From a virus, in IMG/VR virus record IMGVR_UViG_3300005613_000046, positions 8,052-72,051 of that record: DNA of 64,000 bases, one strand, 5' to 3'. How positions within the stretch are numbered: the first letter of the stretch is position 1; each line of letters begins with the position of its first letter. The notes below the pieces were generated by a model that had not been told where the DNA came from, ran no database searches, and was given only the letters and a program-made list of their open reading frames with translations. Positions 8,636 through 18,174 of the stretch are shown in pieces. A program made the translations under genes and the position numbers.

Positions 8636-9481
8636 TCCCTCTATTTTAACTTGTTTTTTCTCATCAACAAATGACTGAACTCTTCCTCTTGCAACATCAC
8701 AATAATTCGGTGAAAGTTCGATTCCCAACCAACGTCTGTCTAAAATTTCCGCGGCGACTAAACTAGTTCCGCTACCAGCGAACGGATCCAAAATTACATC
8801 GTTTTTATATGACAAGATTTTAATCGCCTTGGTCGGTATGTCCATTGAAAAGGTTGCCTTAGTCAAAGATTTAGTGTCGGCAAAATAATTCCACTGACCA
8901 AAGACAAGTTCCATAAACTCTTTTTTATCATTCTCACTATAAACCATTTTATTTCTTTTGGTTCCGTCTTCTTTTTCAACTTCAGTTAATTCACCAGTCC
9001 ATTCGGGTTGTCCTTTAACTTTTTTAATATGTTGTTTTTTATATGCTAAAATAACACACTCCTTCGGGTTATAGATATAAGGACTTGATGGACTCATCCA
9101 TGATCCCCAAGCTGTAGTCTTACTTCTATGTGGTGATTGTTCTTCTAAATCAACGATCCCAAAAAAACCATAACCGATCTCTTGCATAATTCTCCACATC
9201 TCAGCCACAAAAAATATACGACCACCTTTTTTCTGTCTGTTAATTTCATATGGAATGTTAAGGGCAATTCTTCCATCATCTTTCAATAATCTATACGCCT
9301 CGCTCAACCAATTTTTTGCAAACTCTTGATAATCATTAAACTCCATATCATCTTCATGAACATCATAGTCAATACCTACCCCATAAGGTGGTGAAGTCAC
9401 TATAAGGTCAACTGATCCTTCAGGTAATGTTTTCATCACCTCAACACAATCCCCATTTATTATTTTTTTTGTTTCTATCAT
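8627..9481 (-). CDS. N4-cytosine/N6-adenine DNA methyltransferase (beta class)
   Basis: TSPPY motif IV near the N-terminus; DPFAGSGT motif I near the C-terminus. Confidence 0.92.
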   Translation of the reverse strand: MIETKKIINGDCVEVMKTLPEGSVDLIVTSPPYGVGIDYDVHEDDMEFNDYQEFAKNWLSEAYRLLKDDGRIALNIPYEINRQKKGGRIFFVAEMWRIMQEIGYGFFGIVDLEEQSPHRSKTTAWGSWMSPSSPYIYNPKECVILAYKKQHIKKVKGQPEWTGELTEVEKEDGTKRNKMVYSENDKKEFMELVFGQWNYFADTKSLTKATFSMDIPTKAIKILSYKNDVILDPFAGSGTSLVAAEILDRRWLGIELSPNYCDVARGRVQSFVDEKKQVKIEGLK

Positions 9482-9485
9482 ATTC

Positions 9486-9881
9486 TTAAATTATTGTTGT
9501 TAACATTTGTGCCACTTTATATCCTGTGAAAGCTCCGGCCGCTGCAGATCCAGGTAAAACGATAAACTTTCCAAGTATTGTGTCATATTTCTTTCTATTT
9601 ACAATATAAGAAATCAATATGTAATAAACAATATAGTTGATTAAAACAAATAAGTCCAGTTCTTTTGAAACAAAAACAACAATTGAATTTCCTAAAAAAC
9701 CCCAAATAAAATTGATTAAAGTTTCTCTCATCAATTCGTTTGGTGTTGTTATTGCACCTAAGACGTTAATCTCTCGATTCAGACTTGATTTTTTGTTTGA
9801 GTTGTTCGATGTGGTGGTCGAGATACCACTTTGCTTTGAGTAAATCCTCGAGTTCTTTGTTTTTTCCTTTTTTTCCTGCAC
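9486..9881 (-). CDS. Small membrane protein (true start probably downstream of 9881)
   Basis: Three hydrophobic segments in the C-terminal ~80 aa; the N-terminal part overlaps the DUF3310 gene. Confidence 0.55.
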   Translation of the reverse strand: MQEKKEKTKNSRIYSKQSGISTTTSNNSNKKSSLNREINVLGAITTPNELMRETLINFIWGFLGNSIVVFVSKELDLFVLINYIVYYILISYIVNRKKYDTILGKFIVLPGSAAAGAFTGYKVAQMLTTII

Positions 9882-10014
9882 GACTAATATATTTTATTGT
9901 ATTTCCTAAACTAAATCCTAATTCCCAAGCATCTATCACTTTGATTGCTTCATATTCATTATTTTTTCCTCCGTAATGATCGGGGTGGTTTACTTGTTCT
10001 TTATTATTTTCCAT
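9766..10014 (-). CDS. DUF3310-family phage protein
   Basis: VNHPDHY, LGNTIKYISRAGKK and EDLLKAKWYL motifs. Confidence 0.88.
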   Translation of the reverse strand: MENNKEQVNHPDHYGGKNNEYEAIKVIDAWELGFSLGNTIKYISRAGKKGKNKELEDLLKAKWYLDHHIEQLKQKIKSESRD

Positions 10015-10017
10015 AAC

Positions 10018-10368
10018 TTATTTCCAAAATAATTGTATTACTAATATTCCTAATGCTAATACCAAACAAACTATTGTCTTTAACGTCAACGGTTCTTTGA
10101 ATATCAACCAACTTAACCATGTGAATACGACAGCTCCAATACTAAACCCTATAAGTCTTGACGGCCACATTTGACCATCAAAGGCTATTACCATATTCTT
10201 AACTGAATACATAAATAACATTGAAATTGGCATTCCCATTAAAACCAAAAACCAATAATGATTTTTGAACCATTCGTATTTTAAAGGTCCTTGTAGTTGA
10301 AAAAATGTTCCTATTTGTGCAAAAAACCCAAAAATAATTCCAACTACAAGTGCGACAATATTTGTCAT
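10018..10368 (-). CDS. DMT/SMR-like four-helix membrane protein
   Basis: Four hydrophobic helices; FKEPLT before the last helix. Confidence 0.6.
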   Translation of the reverse strand: MTNIVALVVGIIFGFFAQIGTFFQLQGPLKYEWFKNHYWFLVLMGMPISMLFMYSVKNMVIAFDGQMWPSRLIGFSIGAVVFTWLSWLIFKEPLTLKTIVCLVLALGILVIQLFWK

Positions 10369-11408
10369 TAATTTTTCTCCTCTTTATATTCTTTTAATAA
10401 TTCTTCGGTTGTATCCAATGATTTAACAATTTCACGAATGATTTTATATGGATCGGCATTTGATCCTGGTCTACGGTCTTCAACATAACCTTCCCAATTT
10501 TCTGCGGTGTCTTTTGGAACTCTAATTGATGCTCCACGATCAGACACACCCCAACTGAACTTATTTATTGATTGAGTTTCATATTCACCGGTAAGTCTTA
10601 AATGATTTCCTGAACCATACGCTTTAATGTGATCGTTATGTCTTGCTTCAAATGCGTTGAATAGTGACATAAAATACTCTTCGTTTCCTTCATATCTCAT
10701 AATACCCGTTGAGAAGTTTGTATGAAGACCTGATCCATTCCATTCTCCGTGAGTTAATGGTTTTGGATGAAGTTCAATATGGTATCCGTATTTTTCAGCA
10801 ATCTTAAATAAGAAATAACGAGTCATCCAAAGATCATCACCACCTTTATGTTTCCCTTGCGAGAACACTTGATATTCCCACTGACCTAATGCTACCTCAG
10901 CGTTTATTCCTGTAAGGTCAATTCCATAATTTAAACACATGTTCAAATGTTCGTCAACAAATGGACGACCCACCACATTATGCCCAACTCCACAATAGTA
11001 TTCACCCTGTCCTTTTAGAATGTTTCTTTTATGACCCAAAATATTACCATTAATTTCTTCACGAATAAAATACTCTTGTTCAAAACCAAACCAAAGATCT
11101 TCATGACCTTCAGTAATTTTTGATCTATAATTTGTTTCATGTGGAGTTCCATCAGGGTTTAATACCTCACATAAGACATAAACCGTTGATTGCATATCTT
11201 GAATATAATGTCTTACAGGTTTTAATAAAAGATCTGATTTTTCGGTATTTGCTTGTCCTGTTGATGATCCGTCAAAGTTCCACACCGGAAAACTATTGTC
11301 TAAAAACGCGGTGTCAATTGTTCCGTAATTAACAATTTTAACTTTACTTCTAAGGTTCGGTTCTGGTTTATACCCGTCTAACCAAACATATTCTAGTTTA
11401 ATTTTCAT
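10368..11408 (-). CDS. glnII: Glutamine synthetase type II
   Basis: EYVWLDG, WNFDGSST, GFEQEY, GQWEYQ, HPKP, WNGSGLHTNFS, RGASIRVP and EDRRPGSNADPY motifs. Confidence 0.95.
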   Translation of the reverse strand: MKIKLEYVWLDGYKPEPNLRSKVKIVNYGTIDTAFLDNSFPVWNFDGSSTGQANTEKSDLLLKPVRHYIQDMQSTVYVLCEVLNPDGTPHETNYRSKITEGHEDLWFGFEQEYFIREEINGNILGHKRNILKGQGEYYCGVGHNVVGRPFVDEHLNMCLNYGIDLTGINAEVALGQWEYQVFSQGKHKGGDDLWMTRYFLFKIAEKYGYHIELHPKPLTHGEWNGSGLHTNFSTGIMRYEGNEEYFMSLFNAFEARHNDHIKAYGSGNHLRLTGEYETQSINKFSWGVSDRGASIRVPKDTAENWEGYVEDRRPGSNADPYKIIREIVKSLDTTEELLKEYKEEKN

Positions 11409-11529
11409 TTTTTATATGTTTTCGGATTTTATTTTCAATATATAACCTTCTGATTTTTTTACCTAACTCGGTATCATTTGGTGTTTCTTTGATAAGTTTT
11501 TCTAAAACTTTTCTAATTTCTTTTTCCAT
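11398..11529 (-). CDS. Small protein (43 aa) with PNDxELG motif
   Basis: Hand translation MEKEIRKVLEKLIKETPNDTELGKKIRR...; fills the gap between its neighbours. Confidence 0.6.
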   Translation of the reverse strand: MEKEIRKVLEKLIKETPNDTELGKKIRRLYIENKIRKHIKNEN

Positions 11530-11530
11530 A

Positions 11531-12289
11531 TTATTTTCTAATACTTTCTTCTTTTTTTGTTTGTAATATTAGTCCTGCGATTCTTCTTTTAAACATTGGA
11601 AGTAAAGTTTCATTTATTGGGAAAATTCCACTTGATTCCATTTGAAAAATGGGACTTGTTTTTTTGTCCACACTTGTGAACGAAGAAAATGTATTTATAA
11701 TTTTTGGTATTGTCAAATCGTTTAATTGATCGTTATATATCAAATTAACATTTGTCATTTGTTGGGGATTGGTTTTGGTTTCTTTCTTTATTGAATACTC
11801 CCACACATAATGTTTTTTTTCGTGGTCAATAAAATAAAAAAATCCTTTGGGGTTAGTTATATTCTTTTTGTTTCTTCTTATTTTCATATCCAAAGAATCA
11901 AATACAATTGTCCATACAGATTTTGCAATATTGAAATATTCCATTATTCTTGGTGCCGAATACGATAAAATTTGTCTAAACTCTTTTTGTTCGTCTTCTG
12001 TTAATTTTGGCATTTCTTTAATTTTAAGATCTTTAACCAAAATTTCGTCATCAATATTTATCAATTTTTTATCTGTGTAAATAATTTTTTGATCTCTAAT
12101 CAATGCTTGAACATTCATTAAATGTAATGACAATTCTATGAAGCCAGGATATAACTCAAGATTATCAAGTTTTTCACCCATTTTTTGAAAATAAGACAGT
12201 AATTTATACTCCTTATACTCGCTATCAATTGGTTTTTCAAACATCCAATCTGTGTTCAATAAAAATTCAATTTTTTTTCTTCTTGCCAT
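11531..12289 (-). CDS. Hypothetical protein resembling a Bacteroidota conserved family
   Basis: DW..PIDSEYKEYKLLSYFQ..LYP motif; start placed at MARRKK. Confidence 0.65.
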   Translation of the reverse strand: MARRKKIEFLLNTDWMFEKPIDSEYKEYKLLSYFQKMGEKLDNLELYPGFIELSLHLMNVQALIRDQKIIYTDKKLINIDDEILVKDLKIKEMPKLTEDEQKEFRQILSYSAPRIMEYFNIAKSVWTIVFDSLDMKIRRNKKNITNPKGFFYFIDHEKKHYVWEYSIKKETKTNPQQMTNVNLIYNDQLNDLTIPKIINTFSSFTSVDKKTSPIFQMESSGIFPINETLLPMFKRRIAGLILQTKKEESIRK

Positions 12290-12330
12290 ATGTTTTAAAA
12301 CATACAACAAATTGTTTGACAAATAAAGAC

Positions 12331-13545
12331 CTAAGAGACCCTTAATACATAATACTCGGTTCCATTTATGTTATATGTATCGTAGTCTCCATCGTAAGAG
12401 TTAAGTATTGAACCGTAACCATCTGAATTAACTACTGTGTCTACAATATCATCAGTATTAATAAAATCCATAATAAAGTCTTTATCGTAACCAAACATAC
12501 TAATAAAACCTTTTATGTCGTCTTCATATTCACTAACTCTATCGTTTATTTCGTTTTCAATTACACTTTCATCGTAATCACCTTGAGGATCATCATTAAT
12601 TTCTTGAATTGTTTCTTCTAAACCTTCAATTTTTAACTCAAGAGCTTCGTATTGGTCATCAGGTAAATCTTCATTTTCTAATCTTTTATTTAAAGAGTCT
12701 AAGGTTAGTTGAAGTTGTTGAACTTGTCTCATTTGTTGTTGTGTTAGTTCTAATGGAATATCATAATTATCAGGTTCGTCTCTTATTATGTCATCGTAAA
12801 AATCATATAACCAACTTCTCCAACTTTGTGTATCTAAAGCACCTTCAAAAACCCACTCTGAAAACGACTCAATTCCCATGTCGTCTAACATTTGTTCAAC
12901 CGCAACTTTTGCTGCGTCATTGGCTTCCTCTTCTGTGTAAACATCATAGGAATTAGGATTAAATCCATTATCACCACCTAACCATTCGTATTGTTTTCCA
13001 TACCCATAGGTCGCTCTTCCACTTGGGTAAATATAATACTTGTCTTCGGGAACCTCATTTCCTTCTTCATCTTCAACCGTGTCAACATAACCATTTTGTT
13101 CTAAGTGTTCATATAGAGCTTCAGTTCTTTCTGAATCGTCATCTTCATTTTCAACATCCCATTCACCTTCTTGTCTTTTTTCATCTAACTCAGCAAGTTT
13201 TTGATCCAATTTTGCTTGTTCCTTTATTTTCCACATAGAAGATCCGTAGTCACTAATATAACGATCTACAGTAATTCCGTTTAAGTTTGGAACATTAGTG
13301 TTAGAAATATCAAGTCTACCCATTACTCTTACAACACCGGTAAGTGGACCAACATTTTTGTATTTACCAAGATTTAAGTCTCCAGTAATTACAATACCTT
13401 TACCTCTATATGGTTTAAGTCTTGTTATTCTTTCAGCAATACCACCAACATCATCCAATAACTCTAAGTATTCGTCAGGTGAAATTGAAACAAGGTTCTC
13501 ATCTTGTTCTAAAATATAATTTTTAAAAAACTTTTTTAATGACAT
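12331..13545 (-). CDS. Highly acidic protein, putative internal head protein
   Basis: MSLKKFFKNYILEQ leader; D/E-rich; ATATTTAT at 13551-13558. Confidence 0.65.
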   Translation of the reverse strand: MSLKKFFKNYILEQDENLVSISPDEYLELLDDVGGIAERITRLKPYRGKGIVITGDLNLGKYKNVGPLTGVVRVMGRLDISNTNVPNLNGITVDRYISDYGSSMWKIKEQAKLDQKLAELDEKRQEGEWDVENEDDDSERTEALYEHLEQNGYVDTVEDEEGNEVPEDKYYIYPSGRATYGYGKQYEWLGGDNGFNPNSYDVYTEEEANDAAKVAVEQMLDDMGIESFSEWVFEGALDTQSWRSWLYDFYDDIIRDEPDNYDIPLELTQQQMRQVQQLQLTLDSLNKRLENEDLPDDQYEALELKIEGLEETIQEINDDPQGDYDESVIENEINDRVSEYEDDIKGFISMFGYDKDFIMDFINTDDIVDTVVNSDGYGSILNSYDGDYDTYNINGTEYYVLRVS

Positions 13546-13650
13546 ATGTTATAAATATACGAATAAAATATAATTGATTTTTTTTATTTAGTGATTAAAG
13601 TTTAGTTAGTTGATATTTATAGACAAATAAACCACTTAAAAATAATTAAT

Positions 13651-13800
13651 ATGGGCTGCGGATGCAAAAACAAAGGACAGGCACAACAACCTCAAACTCA
13701 AACACAAACTCAACAACAAGCGTCTCAAACAAACGCTCAGACAAAATCTAATGTTCAAGAGAATGTGAAAAAAGTGATTTCAAAATATTATAGAAGATAA
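13651..13800 (+). CDS. Small MGCGCK protein (49 aa, Q/T-rich)
   Basis: Hand translation MGCGCKNKGQAQQPQTQ...SKYYRR; ATATTTAT at 13613-13620 upstream and a terminator downstream. Confidence 0.75.
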   Translation: MGCGCKNKGQAQQPQTQTQTQQQASQTNAQTKSNVQENVKKVISKYYRR

Positions 13801-13822
13801 TATTTGTTGTGTGAAAAATTAT

Positions 13823-13851
13823 AGGTGTTCTAATCGGACACCTTTTTTTTT
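13823..13851 (+). terminator. Intrinsic terminator
   Basis: AGGTGTTC-TAATC-GGACACCT followed by a T run. Confidence 0.75.
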
Positions 13852-13871
13852 ATTTGATATTTATTAAAGGT

Positions 13872-14996
13872 ATGAGTTTAGAAAGAGTAAAGAATTTAAT
13901 TCAGTCATTTAACGATGGTGACTACGATGATGATATTGAACCGTATTTCAATACCTTAATGAATTTTTTAAACTTTGTTAAAAAATATGGTTTATTAGAT
14001 GAACTTGATTTAGGACAAATATCATCAAGAGAGTTTGATGATGAACTTTTTAACTTCTTTAAAGAAAATGGTGTTGTATCAAACATGGATTACGATAACA
14101 TGCCAGAACAATTCAAAAATAACTTTTTACTTTATGGTTTAGAAAACAACTATGAAAACACAATGTGGTTTATTACACATAATCTTATTACTGATGTAGT
14201 TATTAAACCAGACGGTTTTTATCTTCATTTAAGAGATAGAGAAGAACTGGAGATTTTATTTTGTGGTAATAGACGAGGTGAAGGTGCAAGATATGTTGCA
14301 AAAATTGTTTTAAGTGAAGATGGTTTAGGTCATGATTGGTATTATGACAATAGTGTAAACCCACATCAAGTTGTTGAAGAACTGGATGACGCAAACATTA
14401 CAGCACTTAAAGATATTATTTTTAAAGAAATCGGAGATAAAGAATTATCCTTAGAAGATTACAACTCTGACTTTTTTGAAGAACTTTCTGAAGAACAAGG
14501 AACTGAAGGTTATTTTAGATTAAGAGCCCAAGACTTAGAAGGTTTAGTAAAAGATGAAGAGGCCTTTAACGAGTTATGTGAAAGTGAGTTAGACGATTTA
14601 GGTCAGAATTTGAAAAGTTTATATTGGAATTCTGAAAATCAAGCATATGAAGATGAGGCATACGATTTAGTTTATGGTGGTTTAGAGGAATACTTTGAAG
14701 GAAGAATTAGTGAGGTTCCAAGAGAGGTAACCAGAACTGATGGGTCTAAAATAACAAGATACGATCAATATATTAAAGTAAGAAACTTTCCAAATATAAT
14801 TACGACTTTTTTAGAATCTAACAAGGGTGGTTATTGGAATGATTCTCATTTAGAATATTATGGTGGTTTAATTTCGTTAATGACTGGAATGATGAATAAC
14901 GACGATATTGATTGTATTGATTTTAGAGCTCCTGATTATCCTGATTGGAATAGAACAAGAAAGAATATTAACGAAAACTTCTCTGAATACCTCTAA
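13872..14996 (+). CDS. Acidic hypothetical protein
   Basis: Long ORF; ATATTTAT at 13857-13864 just before MSLERVK. Confidence 0.7.
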   Translation: MSLERVKNLIQSFNDGDYDDDIEPYFNTLMNFLNFVKKYGLLDELDLGQISSREFDDELFNFFKENGVVSNMDYDNMPEQFKNNFLLYGLENNYENTMWFITHNLITDVVIKPDGFYLHLRDREELEILFCGNRRGEGARYVAKIVLSEDGLGHDWYYDNSVNPHQVVEELDDANITALKDIIFKEIGDKELSLEDYNSDFFEELSEEQGTEGYFRLRAQDLEGLVKDEEAFNELCESELDDLGQNLKSLYWNSENQAYEDEAYDLVYGGLEEYFEGRISEVPREVTRTDGSKITRYDQYIKVRNFPNIITTFLESNKGGYWNDSHLEYYGGLISLMTGMMNNDDIDCIDFRAPDYPDWNRTRKNINENFSEYL

Positions 14997-15045
14997 CTAT
15001 TTATAGTTTCATTTATTTCTCATATACATTTTAAAAACCAAAAAT

Positions 15046-15741
15046 ATGAGAAAATTAGAAAAAAACACAAGACGGTATTTTGTAAATCTATTTGCCGACT
15101 ACATCTTATCTAAATTCGACAAATCAGAAAACACAATTATTCAAGTAACCGACTTTGAAAACTTTGTTGTTGTAAATGGTCAAACAACAAGTTCAAATGT
15201 TTTAGAAATGCTTGAACTAAAATCTGAATTTATTGAGTCAAATAAAGAATTATTTAATTCTTTGGATAAGAAGGATCTGAATGTAATTGATATTATCAAA
15301 TACGATCAAGAAATAACAGATCTAAAACGAGGATGGATCAACGTAAACAAATCTTTATATGTTGATCAACATGATCCCATTTCAGAGATAAACATTTCAT
15401 CAGAATTTCCATATGGACATAGTTTAGGGTGTGGAAGAGGAATGTTTTACTACTCACACTATATCTTTAATCACATGCATTCTTTATTGGGTGTAGACAA
15501 GTTATATTTTCATTATTCAAGTGAACTTGATGAAAATGAAGACTACGATATTAAAGTTGTGTCTGATTCAAGATATTCAAAAAGTCAGATCACTAATCTT
15601 GTATTGGATGTGTTTGATATGGATCTAACCGAATTTAAAGAAAGACTATCAAATTACAATTTTACAGAAGATATTACAAATCCGTCATTAGACAAACCAT
15701 ACTTAGTTCAAGACCGACTAATAGATGTGGTTTTAGTATAA
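15046..15741 (+). CDS. Possible degenerate S-adenosylmethionine synthetase (MetK)-fold protein
   Basis: VNLFADYIL..TIIQV..VVVNGQTTS and VLDVFDM loosely echo MetK N- and C-terminal segments; GHPDK and GAGDQG motifs absent. Confidence 0.4.
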   Translation: MRKLEKNTRRYFVNLFADYILSKFDKSENTIIQVTDFENFVVVNGQTTSSNVLEMLELKSEFIESNKELFNSLDKKDLNVIDIIKYDQEITDLKRGWINVNKSLYVDQHDPISEINISSEFPYGHSLGCGRGMFYYSHYIFNHMHSLLGVDKLYFHYSSELDENEDYDIKVVSDSRYSKSQITNLVLDVFDMDLTEFKERLSNYNFTEDITNPSLDKPYLVQDRLIDVVLV

Positions 15742-15746
15742 AAAAG

Positions 15747-15774
15747 AAACCCCACTTTAAAGGTGGGGTTTTTT
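15747..15774. terminator. Bidirectional terminator between convergent genes
   Basis: AAACCCCAC-N7-GTGGGGTTT with flanking A and T tracts. Confidence 0.85.
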
Positions 15775-15775
15775 G

Positions 15776-16063
15776 TTACTTTTCATAAAATTCTTTAATG
15801 ATTTTTAAACCGTGTTCAATATCTTCAAAATCTCGATCAGGAGCAAATAAACCTGTTTTTGGGACTTCACTTTCAAAATCTTCAATTAACATAAATGCCG
15901 GAACAAAATCGTTTCCTGTTGCTTCAACAAACATATCGTATTCTTCTTCAAACTCTTCAATGTCTCGATCAACATATATAATGTCTTCTTTATCCAACAT
16001 TTCTTTTAACATGACACAAAATGGACATGACTTCATTGTAAATAAAACGGCTACCTTATCCAT
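15776..16063 (-). CDS. Glutaredoxin-like protein
   Basis: CPFC active site; FVP cis-Pro motif. Confidence 0.85.
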   Translation of the reverse strand: MDKVAVLFTMKSCPFCVMLKEMLDKEDIIYVDRDIEEFEEEYDMFVEATGNDFVPAFMLIEDFESEVPKTGLFAPDRDFEDIEHGLKIIKEFYEK

Positions 16064-16370
16064 TGATTAATTCTGTTACTAAACCTTTTATTTGTCCTTC
16101 AGAAAGAACACCAACTTTTGTTTCAACCACTTCACCTTTATTGAATACTTTAATAGTAGGAACGCTTCTAATTCCAAGACTAATTGCAATCTCTCTATTA
16201 AGATCAACATCCATTGTATACATTTGAACTTCCGAGGTATTCTCGGTAGTTAATTTTTCAAATATTGGTTTCATCATAGAGCAGGGGCGGCACCATTGGG
16301 CATGGAAGTCCACTATAACTTTTTCCCCGTTATTTATCTTTTGTTGTAAATCTACACTACTAATTTCCAT
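16056..16370 (-). CDS. trxA: Thioredoxin
   Basis: VDFHAQWCRPC and IRSVPT motifs. Confidence 0.92.
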   Translation of the reverse strand: MEISSVDLQQKINNGEKVIVDFHAQWCRPCSMMKPIFEKLTTENTSEVQMYTMDVDLNREIAISLGIRSVPTIKVFNKGEVVETKVGVLSEGQIKGLVTELING

Positions 16371-16704
16371 CTTTTTTTAATTTTTTTAAGTTTAATATAA
16401 AGAACTCAACATCTTTTTTCTTTCTAATAGGATAATATATTTTACAAGAAAAAGAAGAGATCATTGGCTCTAATTTTGATAAATATATATAAATGTCATT
16501 ATCAAAAACAAAAATTGAATCTGAATAATGTGTTCCGTCAACATAATTTATCCCCTCTAAAAAGTATGGTGTAAACTTTGGTTTATCCATTAAAGTTCCA
16601 GATGTTAATCCATGTCCATCTGTTAATTCGGTAATTGAGTAGAACTCCCCTGTCTTTTCGGTTATTAGTTCTAAAAATCGTTCTTCGTGTTTAAATGTTT
16701 CCAT
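16360..16704 (-). CDS. Hypothetical protein
   Basis: 114-aa ORF overlapping the thioredoxin start. Confidence 0.6.
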   Translation of the reverse strand: METFKHEERFLELITEKTGEFYSITELTDGHGLTSGTLMDKPKFTPYFLEGINYVDGTHYSDSIFVFDNDIYIYLSKLEPMISSFSCKIYYPIRKKKDVEFFILNLKKLKKDGN

Positions 16705-16710
16705 AAGTAG

Positions 16711-16739
16711 AAATGGGGGTCAGTGACCCCCGTTTTTTT
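16711..16739. terminator. GC-rich hairpin, probable terminator
   Basis: AAATGGGGGTC...GACCCCCGTTT. Confidence 0.65.
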
Positions 16740-16742
16740 GTT

Positions 16743-17504
16743 TTATACCAATACCAACTCTTCAGCCGCTTCCCAAAGTTTGGTGTTTAGGTTGTGTGAA
16801 GCTTGAATGCTCTTGATCCCACGAAGTTTGGTTGTTCGTCCTCGTGGTGTTTGATAAGAAAATCCACCTCTCATCATTTTCTCTTGAATCACATTAAATA
16901 CGGTCCAAAGATCACTTCCCTCATCCTCAGGACGAAATGGTGTTAGAAGATCACTTACGTCAATTGACGCTGGAGCATTTCCAACAGCCCATCGGATTTG
17001 AACCGCTCGTTTGATTAAACGAAGTTTTTCTTTTTCGGTCAATTCTTTTTCCATCATTCTGGAAACTGACTCTTCAATTTTTGGAAGTTTTTTTGAAAAG
17101 TCCTCGGCTAAACCTTTAACCTCATCTAAAGAGAAATGGTTATGACGAAGTGAAAATCTTTCAGCAACTGAGGTGGGAACCGTAAGTCCGTTGGAACAAA
17201 CTAGTCTAAAGAGTCCTGCTCCCATAGAGAAAGTTGCTGATCCATCGTGAGAGTTACGAATAATTGCTTCAACCACAGTGTCACCAACTTTAGGAAGTTG
17301 TCCATTTCGGTATTTCAACTCGTGAACAGAATGAATTCCACGACCTGTTTGTTTTACTGACGAAAGTTGCCAACCTTCACGATCAAACATCTCCATTACT
17401 TCGTTGGTTGGGACAAACTCATATTTGTTTGTCATTTTTGAAGATGGTGATGTGGCGAATACTGCCGGAGCAATTGATTTGATTAATTCTGGTGTATATA
17501 TCAT
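16743..17504 (-). CDS. DUF932/DUF945-family mobile-element protein
   Basis: APAVFA, YEFVPT, NSHDGS, AGLFRLVCSNGL and LWTVFNVIQE motifs. Confidence 0.85.
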   Translation of the reverse strand: MIYTPELIKSIAPAVFATSPSSKMTNKYEFVPTNEVMEMFDREGWQLSSVKQTGRGIHSVHELKYRNGQLPKVGDTVVEAIIRNSHDGSATFSMGAGLFRLVCSNGLTVPTSVAERFSLRHNHFSLDEVKGLAEDFSKKLPKIEESVSRMMEKELTEKEKLRLIKRAVQIRWAVGNAPASIDVSDLLTPFRPEDEGSDLWTVFNVIQEKMMRGGFSYQTPRGRTTKLRGIKSIQASHNLNTKLWEAAEELVLV

Positions 17505-17507
17505 AGT

Positions 17508-17624
17508 TTAATTATTTTCTTTGTTTTTGTGTTTTGTTTTTCTAGTATAGTTTTTCTTACTTTTTTGAATAGAAGGTCTTGTCGCCTGCCATATTTCATT
17601 CATAGTAAGTTCAATCTTTTTCAT
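17508..17624 (-). CDS. Small basic protein (38 aa)
   Basis: Hand translation MKKIELTMNEIWQATRPSIQKSKKNYTRKTKHKNKENN; first ORF after a consensus promoter. Confidence 0.65.
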   Translation of the reverse strand: MKKIELTMNEIWQATRPSIQKSKKNYTRKTKHKNKENN

Positions 17625-17647
17625 TTTGTTTCTCGTTTATCACAATA

Positions 17648-17678
17648 CAAAGATATGTAATTTTTGATAAATACCAAA
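17648..17678 (-). promoter_or_regulatory. Bacteroidota sigmaA promoter
   Basis: TTTG-N19-TATCTTTG. Confidence 0.75.
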
Positions 17679-17689
17679 TATTTTAGAAA

Positions 17690-17719
17690 AAAAAAAACCA
17701 CAGTTTTCTGACTGTGGTT
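17690..17719 (-). terminator. Intrinsic terminator
   Basis: AACCACAGT-N6-ACTGTGGTT followed by a long U tract on the minus strand. Confidence 0.75.
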
Positions 17720-17747
17720 AAATTAATTGTATTCTGACAATTAATTC

Positions 17748-17825
17748 TTAATTTAAATCACACCAACCAAAACAAATTTTACCGAATGTGATTTTTTTTA
17801 CTAACAAACAAATCTTTTTTTTCAT
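17748..17825 (-). CDS. Possible 25-aa Cys-containing peptide
   Basis: MKKKICLLVKKITFGKICFGWCDLN with an A-rich upstream region. Confidence 0.35.
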   Translation of the reverse strand: MKKKICLLVKKITFGKICFGWCDLN

Positions 17826-17838
17826 TTTTATTTTTTTT

Positions 17839-18135
17839 TTAGTTTAGAATTATATTACCCCATTTTGTTTTTTGAATAAACCCTTGAATTCTTTCAATAG
17901 ACTCTTCGGTGCTTACTATCTCAGGCATTTTAAGTTGTATAACAATATCAACCATCTGTTGTCGAGTAATTATGTGATCATCACTTTCTTTTGAATTTTT
18001 TTCACATTGTTCTCTTAACTTATCAAAAAACTCTCGTTTTTGAACCGACCCGATTAAATCCATTAAATCGTTTGGGTTATTCTCAAAAAAAGTAATAAGT
18101 TGTCTTAAATAAACTTCACAATCTACATTTCCCAT
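17839..18135 (-). CDS. Hypothetical protein
   Basis: 98-aa ORF; TTTG-N20-TATATTTG at 18141-18172. Confidence 0.7.
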   Translation of the reverse strand: MGNVDCEVYLRQLITFFENNPNDLMDLIGSVQKREFFDKLREQCEKNSKESDDHIITRQQMVDIVIQLKMPEIVSTEESIERIQGFIQKTKWGNIILN

Positions 18136-18174
18136 AACAACAAATATAATTTTTTATTAACTTAAAGTCAAAAA

